Shown one piece after another: positions 10,356 through 19,905 of a stretch of 64,000 bases of DNA (position 1 is its first letter; each line of letters starts with the position of its first letter). A program made the translations under genes and the position numbers. Under the pieces are notes generated by a model. That model saw nothing but the letters and a program-made list of their open reading frames with translations. It had not been told where the DNA came from and ran no database searches. The stretch is from an uncultured delta proteobacterium (GTDB lineage Bacteria > Desulfobacterota > Binatia > UBA9968): positions 128,001 through 192,000 of the forward strand of contig CAVSLC010000011.1 of NCBI GenBank assembly GCA_963728565.1, given 5' to 3'.

Positions 10356-11225
10356 ATGGAGTCGACCCCGCCCCCAATAGGAAACTGGCGCATCGTCTGG
10401 CGACGCTTTAAACAGCACCGCGTCGCCTATGTGGGATTTTTTTTCTTTGTTTTTCTTTTGCTTCTGGTGATTGCCGGTCCTCACCTTCTTCCGTACGAGC
10501 TTGATCAAGTTTCGCTCGCGGAGCGCATGCATGGACCGTCGGCGACGCACTGGTTCGGCACCGATGAGCTGGGGCGCGATACCTGGGTCAGGATCATGCA
10601 CGGCGGCAGAGTCTCGCTCGCGGTAGGCCTGATCGTCGGGTTGAGCACGGTAGTTCTGGGCGGACTGATCGGCATTCTCGCAGGTTATGTCGGTGGAACT
10701 CTGGACAACATCCTCATGCGCATGGTGGATACTATTTACACGGTTCCGCGTATCGTCCTGTTACTGGTGCTGTCTAAAGTAGCCGGGCCCGGGCTTTTGA
10801 ACATCATCATCATCCTGGTCGCACTGGAATGGACCAATGCCGCCCGGCTGGCGCGCAGCGCGGTGCTTTCTTTTCGCGAGCAAGAGTTCGTGGTGGCGGC
10901 GCACTGCCTGGGAGCCTCGCGCTGGCGCGTTATGCTGCGTCATCTGCTGCCAAATTCTCTGGCGCCGCTAATTGTCGCCGCCACCCTCGACGCCGGCGCT
11001 GCCATTCGCGCCGAAACCACCTTGAGTTTTCTCGGCCTCGGCATTCAGCCGCCGACGCCAAGCTGGGGAAATCTCCTCACCAATGCCTCAACCAACATCT
11101 TCATCGCCCCGCTGCAAGTCTTCCTACCCGGTATCTTCATTTTCTTCGCCCTGATGAGCTTCAATCTGCTCGGTGACGCGCTCCGGGACGCGCTGGATCC
11201 GAGGTTATCTAAAAGACAAGGATGA
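10356..11225 (+). CDS. Peptide ABC transporter permease (DppC/OppC type)
   Basis: HWFGTDELGRD, EFVVAAHCLGAS, GDALRDALDP. Confidence 0.92.
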   Translation: MESTPPPIGNWRIVWRRFKQHRVAYVGFFFFVFLLLLVIAGPHLLPYELDQVSLAERMHGPSATHWFGTDELGRDTWVRIMHGGRVSLAVGLIVGLSTVVLGGLIGILAGYVGGTLDNILMRMVDTIYTVPRIVLLLVLSKVAGPGLLNIIIILVALEWTNAARLARSAVLSFREQEFVVAAHCLGASRWRVMLRHLLPNSLAPLIVAATLDAGAAIRAETTLSFLGLGIQPPTPSWGNLLTNASTNIFIAPLQVFLPGIFIFFALMSFNLLGDALRDALDPRLSKRQG

Positions 11226-11329
11226 ATGATGAAGCGGAAAGCTGATTCAAACGGAGATGAATGTCTGAAAGCGCAACTATGCGCTGCAATACTCGAACAA
11301 AGGGATACGGATGAGTTTTGAATGGAAGG

Positions 11330-11682
11330 GTGAAAGGAGATCTGAAAGTTAGGACGAAGGAATTTGCGCTGGCAGTTGTTCGGCTATATTCGACCTTGCC
11401 AAAAAGACGGGAATCTCAGGAATTGGTGATCAGGTGTTAAGATCAGGAACCTCCGTAGGCGCGCACTTCCGAGAACCACAACGGCGAAGTCAAAACCAGA
11501 TTTCATAAGCAAAATCGAAGGCGGTATGCAGGAGCTGGAAGAGACAGCCTACTGGCTTGAACTTCTTGAGGAAACCGGCTTTGCGACTACAGACACTTTG
11601 GAACCTGAAAACTGAAGCTGACGAATTGATGGCGATCTTTGTTACGATCGCTAGAAAAACAAAAGCGCAATTAGAAAAATAG
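11330..11682 (+). pseudogene. Four-helix-bundle protein (23S rRNA IVP/Avd-like), frameshifted
   Basis: Pieces in different frames: DLKVRTKEFALAVVRLYSTLP / QVLRSGTSVGAHFRE / KSKPDFISKIEGGMQELEETAYWLELL / LKTEADELMAIFVTIARK. Confidence 0.85.
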
Positions 11683-11838
11683 TTCGTTCGATCGGTTCAT
11701 ATGTGTTAGTTTGCAGTGATTGTCCCTTCTCTATGGTTTCAATGTTCGTCCTTAAGTCCGCTTTGATAATTCATTTTTCCCTCGGCAATCAGCCGGCTTT
11801 TATTTCCGCTTTCCGCTTTCATAATTCATCTTTCTCCC

Positions 11839-12906
11839 ATGTCTGAAGAGTTCGTCACGACTCAGGAAATCATCACCCAGGCGAGACGCAATCTAAGCCA
11901 GCATGTCTGGCATTACTTGACTGGCGGCGCCGAGTCGGAGACGACCATGTGCCGGAACCGCCTCGCGCTAGATAGTCTCGCATTGCGCCCGCGCGCGCTC
12001 GTCGAAGTGTCGAAGATCGATCCGTCGACAATGTTTCTCGGCACCAGGCTCAGAATTCCAGTCATGCTGGCGCCGATCGGTTCGCTGCAGATTATGACGC
12101 CTGAAGGCGCCGTGGCTGTCGCCAAAGCCGCGCACGAGTTCGGCACGCTTAACTTCGTCAGCTCGGTTACCCAGCCGAACTTCGAGGAGACCGCCGCGGC
12201 GACGCCGCACCCGAAAATTTTCCAGCTTTACGTCCAAGGCGATATGAGATGGGTGGAGACTCTTCTGGCCCGGGTCAAGACTGCGGGTTATCAGGCTCTC
12301 TGTTTGACTGTCGATACCGCATACTACGGCAGGCGCGAGCGCCAGATGATGGATCGCTGGCTGCCGCCGAGTCGGCGCTTATCGGGTTACCAGCACCGCT
12401 CGGCGATCACTTGGGAGACAGTGGTCGCGATCAAAAAGTTCGCCGGTCTGCCATTTATTCTCAAGGGAGTTGCGACCGCCGAAGACGCGGCATTGGCTGT
12501 CGAACATGGCGTCAGCGCAATCTATGTATCCAATCACGGCGGACGCCAACTCGATCACAACCGGGGAACGCTCGAGATGCTGCCGGAAATCGTCGAAGCC
12601 GTGGCCGGCAGAGCCGCGGTGGTTTTGGACGGCGGCATCGTGCGCGGCAGCGATGTGTTGAAAGCGCTCGCTCTTGGCGCGCAGGCTGTGGCCATCGGCA
12701 AGCTTCAGGGCTGGGGCCTCGGAGCGGGGGGACGGCAAGGCTTGGTGCGGGTATTGGAAATTCTCGAAAGCGAGATCATCACCTCGATGGCGCTTCTCGG
12801 CGTAACCCGCATCGATCAGCTAAAGCCCGAGTATTTATGTAAATCTCAGCCCATCGCGCTGAGCCACGAGATGAGCGCGTTTGCGCACATGCCGAGATTA
12901 TTTTAA
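11839..12906 (+). CDS. FMN-dependent alpha-hydroxy-acid oxidase/dehydrogenase
   Basis: VSNHGGRQLD, DGGIVRGSDVLKALALGA. Confidence 0.92.
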   Translation: MSEEFVTTQEIITQARRNLSQHVWHYLTGGAESETTMCRNRLALDSLALRPRALVEVSKIDPSTMFLGTRLRIPVMLAPIGSLQIMTPEGAVAVAKAAHEFGTLNFVSSVTQPNFEETAAATPHPKIFQLYVQGDMRWVETLLARVKTAGYQALCLTVDTAYYGRRERQMMDRWLPPSRRLSGYQHRSAITWETVVAIKKFAGLPFILKGVATAEDAALAVEHGVSAIYVSNHGGRQLDHNRGTLEMLPEIVEAVAGRAAVVLDGGIVRGSDVLKALALGAQAVAIGKLQGWGLGAGGRQGLVRVLEILESEIITSMALLGVTRIDQLKPEYLCKSQPIALSHEMSAFAHMPRLF

Positions 12907-13000
12907 TCGCCGCTATTGCGGCATGGTGCGCCGCGGGATTGGGAATTTTAAAATGCGCTGCGCTCGTTAGTGGCTTAATTCCGCAGTAGAAGGGATGATC

Positions 13001-14024
13001 ATGAGAAGAATAGTTCTTTGTTTTGACGGCACCTGGAACAAACCGGCCGATGAGAACTTGGCTGCCGACGAGCAGGTCGAAACCAACGTGTGCCGTTTTT
13101 ACAAGTCTGTCAACGGACGCCGGCGCAGACGGGGCGCAGCAGCTCAAATGGTACGATGAGGGCGTCGGCACAAAATGGTACGATCGGTTTATCGGCGGCG
13201 GGCTTGGAGTCGGACTCGAGAAGAATATTCTCGATGGCTACAAATTTCTCGCCCAAAAATATCGTGAAGGCGATGAAGTTTACGTGCTTGGTTTCAGCCG
13301 CGGCGCTTATACCGCGAGAAGTCTCGTTGGGATGATTCGAAACTGCGGCTTGGTGAAGAACAAGCAGTTGCCTTTACGAATCGCCATGGCGTATGGCATT
13401 TACCGCACCCGAGACGATGGCCCAGATTCGCCCACAGCAGTGCAATTCAAAGACCGGTTCTCGCGCGAAATTAAGATAAAGTTTCTGGGAGTTTGGGATA
13501 CTGTGGGGGCGCTCGGCATCCCATTGGATTTGTTGAAGCGCTGGAATATGCATTTTTATGAGTTTCACGATACCCGACTCAGCACGATCGTTGAAAACGC
13601 CTATCACGCCATCGCCGTCGACGAGCACCGAGTCGATTACGATGCCTGCCTGTGGAATCCCGAAGTAAAGCCGGAGCAGGCTTTGCAACAACGATGGTTT
13701 CTTGGCGCGCACTGCGACGTCGGCGGCGGCTACAAAGATCGCCGTTTGTCCGACCTCGCGCTGCGCTGGATGCAAGACAACGCCGCCGCCGCGGGGCTGG
13801 TACTTGACTCGGTCAATATCGGGGCAGATAACTACCGCGGCGCCTTTACCGATTCTTACGGGGAATTCCTCGGTGGCGTGTACGCCAAGAAAAACCCGCG
13901 TCACTATCGCGTCATTGGCGCAAGTCGATTCGGCAATGAAAGTGTGGATGAATCGGTGGGCAGGCGGCGCAAAGAAGATCGCGATTATGAGCCGCAGAAT
14001 GACGGGCTACCGCCGCTGACGTGA
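13001..14024 (+). CDS. DUF2235 (Tle1-like alpha/beta hydrolase), one frameshift near 13110
   Basis: ATG 13001 gives MRRIVLCFDGTWN...ETNV; the second frame has GFSRGAYTAR, VWDTVG, WFLGAHCDVGG. Confidence 0.85.
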
Positions 14025-14051
14025 GATTATTGGAGCCGGGCAGGAGGCCGA

Positions 14052-14471
14052 ATGAGAATTTACAACACCGAACTATTTTATCCGATGCTGCTGATGTTTC
14101 TGTGGACGGTTGTGGTGATGTTGCGAAATCTGCAAGTCAGAGTCGTAGCCGTCAAGCGAGGAGAACTCACGAACAAATATTTCGAACTTTTTAGAGGAGC
14201 CGAGCCACCCGAAACCGTTCAAAAAACCGGCAATCATTTCCGCAACCTGACGGAGCTGCCGCCGCTCTTCTATATCATCTGTCTTGCCATCATGTTCATG
14301 GGCCGCACCGATGTAAATTTCATTGTGCTCGCCTGGAGCTATGTCGCGTTGCGGGTTGGGCACAGTCTGATCCACCTGACGGTCAACAGGGTGCCGCCGC
14401 GCTTTTTTCTCTTTGCCGCGAGTAATATCGTGCTGCTGATCATGTGGGTGCGGTTGGCAGTGGTGCTGTGA
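14052..14471 (+). CDS. MAPEG family membrane protein
   Basis: NHFRNLTELPPLF, AWSYVALRVGHS; GGAGG RBS. Confidence 0.85.
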   Translation: MRIYNTELFYPMLLMFLWTVVVMLRNLQVRVVAVKRGELTNKYFELFRGAEPPETVQKTGNHFRNLTELPPLFYIICLAIMFMGRTDVNFIVLAWSYVALRVGHSLIHLTVNRVPPRFFLFAASNIVLLIMWVRLAVVL

Positions 14472-14562
14472 GCACGGGTCCGAGGCCGGCTTTCCTCTAC
14501 ACATCTCAAGAGTTCATGGAAAAGCTGCATCTGGGATCTCCAAAAAAGAAGGGGAGGAATTC

Positions 14563-16485
14563 ATGGGCCTTTGGCAAGTAGCTCCGTATGGCTCGTGGAA
14601 GTCGCCGATTGCCGCGGACCTTGTCGCTCGCGGTGAGGTTGGGCTCGAGCAGGCAAAGATCGATGGTGATGATGTGTACTGGATCGAACGACGGCCTCAG
14701 GAAGGCGGGAGAAAGGTCGTTGTGCATTATTCACCCGACGGCACAGTCACCGATGTGACGCCTTTGCCATTCAACGCTCGGACGCGGGTGCACGAATATG
14801 GCGGCGGAGACTTCGCGGTTTTAGCCGGAACGGTTGTGTTCGCGAATTTTGCCGATCAGCGGCTCTATCTGCAACGTGCCGGGAGCGGGCCCAACTCTCT
14901 GACGCCGGCGGGAGAGCTGCGTTATGCAGATGGTGTGATTCACCCGAATGGAAATCGGTTGTTTTGCGTGCGCGAGGACCATAGCGTCCCTGGCCAGACG
15001 GTTAATACCTTGGTGAGCGTCGAGCTCGATCACGAAAACTCGGGAAGAGTTTTGGTTTCTGGAAATGACTTTTACTCTTCGCCACGGTTGAGCCCGGACG
15101 GTTCGAGACTCGCTTGGCTGACGTGGAATCATCCCGCCATGCCGTGGGACGGTACTGAACTTTGGGTCGGGGAGTTGAGCCCCGACGGTTCGGTGAATCA
15201 GGCAAGACGAGTTGCAGGCGGGCCGGCGGAATCCATTTTTCAGCCGGAGTGGTCGCCGGGAGGGACGCTTTACTTTACTTCTGATCGCACCGGCTGGTGG
15301 AATCTATGTCGCTGGGAAGACCGAGTAGAAGCAGTGTGCCCGATGGAAGCGGAGTTTGGTCAGCCGCAGTGGGTATTCGGCGGTTCGCTGTACGCCTTCT
15401 CCGAATCAAAAATTATCTGCAGCTATTCAAAATCCGGCTGCTCGTACTTAGCCGAGATCGATACCACGACGGGCGCCCTGGCGTCATTGGAAGTACCGTA
15501 TTCGGCAATTTCGCGGGTTCAAGCAGCGGCTGGTCGAGCCGTGTTGATCGCCGCATCTGCGACTGAGCCAACCTGTGTTGTCGAGGTGAACCTAGCTACG
15601 CGCGCTCTCAAAGTACTGCGCCGCTCCCGAGAGGCCGAGCTAGAGCCCGAATACTTCTCCACGCCGCGGCCCCTGGAGTTTCCGACCGAGAACGGCGAGA
15701 CGGCCCACGCAATTTTCTATCCGCCGCAGAATCGCGACTACGTGGGCGGTGAAAATGAAAAGCCGCCGCTGCTGGTGATGAGTCATGGCGGACCAACCTC
15801 GGCCGCCTCGACGTCGCTGCAATACTCAGTTCAATATTGGACCAGTCGAGGGCTTGCTGTGCTCGACGTCAATTACCGAGGCAGCTCGGGCTATGGGCGC
15901 GCCTATCGAGAACTGCTGAAAGGCGGGTGGGGAATCGTCGATGTCGATGACTGCGTCAACGGCGCTCGATATTTAGCAGAAACCGGCCAGGTCGATGGCA
16001 ACCGGCTGGCGATCAGAGGGGGCAGCGCCGGAGGCTACACGACGCTATGCGCTCTGACTTTTCGCGACACGTTCAAAGCCGGGGCCAGCCACTATGGCAT
16101 AAGCGATTTGGAGGCGCTGGCCAAGGACACGCACAAATTCGAATCGCGCTATCTTGACGGGCTCATCGGTCCCTATCCAGAGCGGCGTGATCTCTACATC
16201 GAACGATCGCCGATTTATTTCACCGAGCGTCTGGCTTGTCCGATGATTCTGTTGCAGGGCTTGGAAGATAAGATTGTGCCGCCGAATCAAGCGGAGATGA
16301 TGGTCGAGGCAGTGCGTGCCAAGGGACTACCGGTGGCGTATCTTCTATTCGACGGCGAGCAGCACGGGTTTCGCAAGGCGGAGAATATCAAGCGAGTCCT
16401 GGAGGCCGAACTCTACTTCTATTCGAGAGTATTCGGGTTCGGTTTGGCCGATGCCGTCGAGCCGGTACAAATCGATAACCTTTGA
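14563..16485 (+). CDS. S9 family (prolyl oligopeptidase-type) peptidase
   Basis: APYGSWKSPI N-terminus, HGGP, GGSAGG, EQHGF. Confidence 0.93.
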   Translation: MGLWQVAPYGSWKSPIAADLVARGEVGLEQAKIDGDDVYWIERRPQEGGRKVVVHYSPDGTVTDVTPLPFNARTRVHEYGGGDFAVLAGTVVFANFADQRLYLQRAGSGPNSLTPAGELRYADGVIHPNGNRLFCVREDHSVPGQTVNTLVSVELDHENSGRVLVSGNDFYSSPRLSPDGSRLAWLTWNHPAMPWDGTELWVGELSPDGSVNQARRVAGGPAESIFQPEWSPGGTLYFTSDRTGWWNLCRWEDRVEAVCPMEAEFGQPQWVFGGSLYAFSESKIICSYSKSGCSYLAEIDTTTGALASLEVPYSAISRVQAAAGRAVLIAASATEPTCVVEVNLATRALKVLRRSREAELEPEYFSTPRPLEFPTENGETAHAIFYPPQNRDYVGGENEKPPLLVMSHGGPTSAASTSLQYSVQYWTSRGLAVLDVNYRGSSGYGRAYRELLKGGWGIVDVDDCVNGARYLAETGQVDGNRLAIRGGSAGGYTTLCALTFRDTFKAGASHYGISDLEALAKDTHKFESRYLDGLIGPYPERRDLYIERSPIYFTERLACPMILLQGLEDKIVPPNQAEMMVEAVRAKGLPVAYLLFDGEQHGFRKAENIKRVLEAELYFYSRVFGFGLADAVEPVQIDNL

Positions 16486-16594
16486 TTCTGGATTGGCTTT
16501 ATTGCCTGGTGCGCGGCCCGCGCGGCCAGCCCGGTAGGTCCCCGTTGTTACGTTCTTCAGAGCACCGGTTCACGAAGGCCGCAAGGAGCTTCGA

Positions 16595-17290
16595 ATGATG
16601 CAAGCGGAAACCAGGACGATACTTGAGCATTTACTTGTGGCTCTCGCAGCAGGCGCACTGATCGGCCTCGAGCGGAGCTACCACGGCCGCCCGGCGGGTT
16701 TCCGGACCCACACTTTGGTCTGCATCGCCTCCAGCACTTTGATGTTGGTGACGATGTACCCCGGACGATGGTTTCCTGATCCTGTATCGGGCAGCGTTAG
16801 TGTAGATCCGACACGCATGGCGCAAGGCATCATGACCGGCATTGGCTTTCTCGGCGCCGGGGTAATTTTCAAAGAGGGGTTGACCGTACGCGGCCTGACG
16901 ACCGCGGCTTCAATCTGGATCACCGCAGCAATCGGCATTCTCGCCGGCATTGGCTTCTACTTTCCTGTCATCGTCACCACTGTGCTAACGTTGGGCACTC
17001 TTTCCGTATTCAGATGGATCGAAGCCAAGATGCCCGTCCAGTTCTACGCTCGCTTAGAAGTGAAACTCCCTCGCGATGCGGTGGACTCTGAAGAAGAACT
17101 GCAGCGCTTGATCGGCGAGCACGGCTTTACGATTGCCAATATGAACTATCATCATGATAAAAACATGGGATTCTCCGAGTACGGCATGGTGATTCGAACC
17201 GACAATCCTGCCAATGTGCAGCGCCTGGTGAATACGCTGCATAACATGGTCACGGTTCAGGAGTTCAAAATGTCCCCGATGGGCGACTGA
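16595..17290 (+). CDS. MgtC/SapB family protein
   Basis: IGLER, PAGFRTH, GIGFLGAG, GLTTAASIW. Confidence 0.92.
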   Translation: MMQAETRTILEHLLVALAAGALIGLERSYHGRPAGFRTHTLVCIASSTLMLVTMYPGRWFPDPVSGSVSVDPTRMAQGIMTGIGFLGAGVIFKEGLTVRGLTTAASIWITAAIGILAGIGFYFPVIVTTVLTLGTLSVFRWIEAKMPVQFYARLEVKLPRDAVDSEEELQRLIGEHGFTIANMNYHHDKNMGFSEYGMVIRTDNPANVQRLVNTLHNMVTVQEFKMSPMGD

Positions 17291-17329
17291 TCGGGGCTCC
17301 TTATTTCGGCATCTCGGCTCTCGATCGTT

Positions 17330-17357
17330 GCTTCAAAAAGAGGGCATTATGCGAAAA
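17330..17357 (-). other. dif-like 11-6-11 site at the left boundary of the variable region
   Basis: Minus strand TTTTCGCATAA-TGCCCT-CTTTTTGAAGC; XerC-like left arm; degenerate copy at 23712-23746. Confidence 0.45.
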
Positions 17358-17696
17358 GTTTTTAGTCCCGGTGCCGGGCGGCTTTTTCTATCGAGCCGTC
17401 GTCCACGAGCCGATAACACGTCGCATTGTTCGCTTAGGTGTTCGCCACTTGCGGGCTACGCGCCGTTTCCGGGCGAAGCAGAAAGACAGGCTAAAGGTGA
17501 AAGAGCGGGAGCGGAGCCACCGTAGGTATGCAGCAAAAGAGGGACGGAAATCGGGTGCAAAGACGAGGATCGAGAGAAGGCCACGGACAAGATACCAACC
17601 TAATTCCGACGGTGATTCTCTACCGCTGGTGTCTTCTGCATTGCGAAGAATCGCTCAAATATGCGTCATAAGCAGTCAGAATTCCGCCAGAGAAAG

Positions 17697-17712
17697 TGTT
17701 CAATACTATACA
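17697..17712 (+). promoter_or_regulatory. Crp-family-like palindrome TGTTC-AATACT-ATACA
   Basis: Matches the 7-site motif; about 35 bp before ORF 17747. Confidence 0.5.
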
Positions 17713-17746
17713 GACAACACATCTGCAATTACGGTAATAGTCGAAA

Positions 17747-17983
17747 ATGCAGCACCACTATAAAGATCATACTGTTCTGATCAGCACCTGGGCTAGACTT
17801 GAGCCTTACGGGTACACGCCAGAGTATCGCGTCAGTACGAAGGCTCGCATGGTCCAAACCCTCAAGCTAAACCAAGTATTTGCTACCAGGGAAGAAGCTG
17901 AAGGGTGTGGCTTGCAGGCGGCGAAGACATGGATTGACCACAAGATTCTGCTAGGATTTATGTCACGTACGTCTGTCGCATAA
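17747..17983 (+). CDS. Small hypothetical protein (YK...F-x-T...AK-x-WID family)
   Basis: Homologous to 57159-57389. Confidence 0.7.
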   Translation: MQHHYKDHTVLISTWARLEPYGYTPEYRVSTKARMVQTLKLNQVFATREEAEGCGLQAAKTWIDHKILLGFMSRTSVA

Positions 17984-18000
17984 TGCAGGTCATGCGATGT
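17973..18000 (+). other. dif-like palindromic site
   Basis: CTGTCGCATAA-TGCAGG-TCATGCGATGT. Confidence 0.5.
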
Positions 18001-18024
18001 GGGCGAGATCACTATTGAGGTTTA

Positions 18025-18270
18025 AACGGTATCAGGAAGACAAACCAGCGAAATGGCTACCGTCGCCGTTACCTTTCCTTTTTACAGTTGCTCCGACCAC
18101 CTCTCTGCCCTGCTTCCTTTGACTTTCGAGAATGAAGTCAAGCGAATTTTTACAGTTGGCTTCCTGACCATAAGCATTCAAAGGTTCGATTTCAATTTTC
18201 TTATCGTTGATGTAGTGCTGTTGCCACAGAACCCACGCGCAGAGAGAAAACCAGTGAAAAGTGTTTTCAT
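18025..18270 (-). pseudogene. Frameshifted small secreted protein (CAWVLW...CLPDTV)
   Basis: GGAGG plus ATG at 18270; the signal-like start, CAWVLW segment and terminal VCLPDTV are separated by frameshifts. Confidence 0.55.
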
Positions 18271-18309
18271 GAGACCTCCCTGGTGTTTCGTCTTGCATAT
18301 AATGCGCCT

Positions 18310-18708
18310 TTAATCGACGCGCCTTCGCTTGGTGGTTTTCTTCCTTTTCTCCTGAGCTGCGGCGTTTATATCAGCGATCTCTCGGCGAAGTTTCTCAAGC
18401 TCTGGTTGCTTCTTCTCCAACTCAATACTCGCGTGGGTACTCTTTATCGGTTCTTTGCGCCACATAACAACCGTCGTGACTATGAATCCGATGAGCGTTG
18501 TAAAAGAAATTACAAAGAAGCCAAGTGCCAGCACCATCTCGGCCTTAAGAGGCGAGTACATCCTATTATCATCAGGCAGAGGATAACCACTCGGAGCATC
18601 CGGCATCAGCGCAACAGCTAATAGAATCGCGGAGACTAAAAATGATCCGACAAACCCCCATCCGAACCAATGGCGGTATGTCTTGATTCGTTCCACAGAC
18701 AAGGTCAT
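18310..18708 (-). CDS. Hypothetical membrane protein (2 TM plus coiled coil)
   Basis: 132-aa ORF with GAGG RBS, two hydrophobic segments, basic tail. Confidence 0.6.
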   Translation of the reverse strand: MTLSVERIKTYRHWFGWGFVGSFLVSAILLAVALMPDAPSGYPLPDDNRMYSPLKAEMVLALGFFVISFTTLIGFIVTTVVMWRKEPIKSTHASIELEKKQPELEKLRREIADINAAAQEKRKKTTKRRRVD

Positions 18709-18725
18709 TTCACTGCCCTCGGTTA

Positions 18726-18753
18726 AGGTCGCATAATGCAGGTTGTGCGACTC
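18726..18753 (+). other. dif-like palindromic site
   Basis: AGGTCGCATAA-TGCAGG-TTGTGCGACTC; same spacer as the 17973 site. Confidence 0.5.
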
Positions 18754-18760
18754 GCCCGGC

Positions 18761-19555
18761 CTACCCGCGCGGCTTTTTCTTTAATAGTTGGTCAAAGTCC
18801 TTTATATCTATCGCCTCCCTTCCGAAGGCCGTCGCAAACGCTGATTTTTGAGAAACTAGGTAGTTGAATAGTTCTCGGTCACAAAAAATGGTAGCGGCAA
18901 GAATAAAAGTAGTAATGCCCCGGTCGAAGTAGTACCAGATTTGTTTTTCATGAGGCTGCATTTGGTCGGTTCCGAGCATACTATAGACATAGAAGCGGGG
19001 CGGATTGCCGCCATACATCTCCATAATCTGCGGTGAAGCACAGTGTACATACCCCGAGAAAGCCTTGGTAAGCGTCCTAGCAACTTCCTTGCTGTCGCTT
19101 GGATTACCGACTGCCAGTTTAATCTGAGCGATATAAGCTTGAATTCTTTGCCGTGGTACCATTAGTCGCTTTTGAATTGAGTTGAAGGGGCTCTCGGGAT
19201 CATCGAATTCTTCTTCGTAAAATGATTCGAGAAACAACTTATGCCACTTACTTTCCAAGTCACCATGCAAGATTCCATAGAATAAGAACAGCACGTCCTC
19301 TGCAAGCTCGTCCAGAATACGTTCAATGGCACCATGTTCCTGAAGTAGTCCATTTCTTAAAAGCAGAAGGGCGGCACGCAGCCCTGTAATAATCCGGGCA
19401 AGTTTTTGAACTATAGCTTGTTGAGCTGTTCGCTCCACATAGCGAAAGACGAAACTGCCGGCAAAGGGTACTTTCTGGGGTGGCGGCACTTTACTCGCCA
19501 CCTTCTCCAACGTAATCGCCATGTCGTGTAACAACTGTTCGTAAGCGTCGGCCAT
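18761..19555 (-). CDS. Hypothetical protein (DUF5677/HEPN-like helical)
   Basis: 264-aa ORF of lower GC; R-x-x-x-E and SGYVH motifs; family assignment tentative. Confidence 0.6.
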   Translation of the reverse strand: MADAYEQLLHDMAITLEKVASKVPPPQKVPFAGSFVFRYVERTAQQAIVQKLARIITGLRAALLLLRNGLLQEHGAIERILDELAEDVLFLFYGILHGDLESKWHKLFLESFYEEEFDDPESPFNSIQKRLMVPRQRIQAYIAQIKLAVGNPSDSKEVARTLTKAFSGYVHCASPQIMEMYGGNPPRFYVYSMLGTDQMQPHEKQIWYYFDRGITTFILAATIFCDRELFNYLVSQKSAFATAFGREAIDIKDFDQLLKKKPRG

Positions 19556-19711
19556 ACCGGCCCGTATATCATAGCGCCTGATGCATGAGCTAGACGTTTA
19601 TCCCCACCGCCTTGCCGAACGGCTTGGTAGAATGGAGCATGAAACACGAACAGCAAGTCACCACCTTCGAACTATCGAAAGGCCTTAAAGAGCTTCCCGT
19701 TTGACTTCAGG

Positions 19712-19740
19712 TTGAGACAAACCGCCAGCAGAGTTAAACT
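19712..19740 (+). promoter_or_regulatory. Sigma70-like promoter
   Basis: TTGAGA-17bp-TAAACT, 6 nt before ATG 19747. Confidence 0.55.
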
Positions 19741-19746
19741 TTATAC

Positions 19747-19896
19747 ATGGCCGTTTATCTCGCCAGAAATTGCCCCAAGTGCGGTAGCTACTTCGGCGTA
19801 GTGATCGCTAAGCCAAGTGATAGTGGCTACCAGCCGATTCACGGGCGCTGCGGCATCTGCGGTTACGAAATCGCCTGGGCGCTCTTCACCACGTAA
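19747..19896 (+). CDS. 49-aa zinc-ribbon microprotein
   Basis: MAVYLARNCPKCGSYFGVVIAKPSDSGYQPIHGRCGICGYEIAWALFTT; two CxxC motifs; below the ORF-track cutoff. Confidence 0.7.
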   Translation: MAVYLARNCPKCGSYFGVVIAKPSDSGYQPIHGRCGICGYEIAWALFTT

Positions 19897-19905
19897 CCCG
19901 TCCAA

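Noticed and set aside
11330-11682. Diversity-generating retroelement (Avd-like gene)
   Set aside because: No reverse transcriptase and no TR/VR pair; aroF copy differences are not adenine-specific.
13001-14024. T6SS effector locus (Tle1-like)
   Set aside because: No vgrG, PAAR or immunity genes nearby; DUF2235 also occurs stand-alone.
17973-19555. Integron attC cassette array
   Set aside because: Sites are 28 bp without RYYYAAC/GTTRRRY boxes or a long attC hairpin, and there is no intI.
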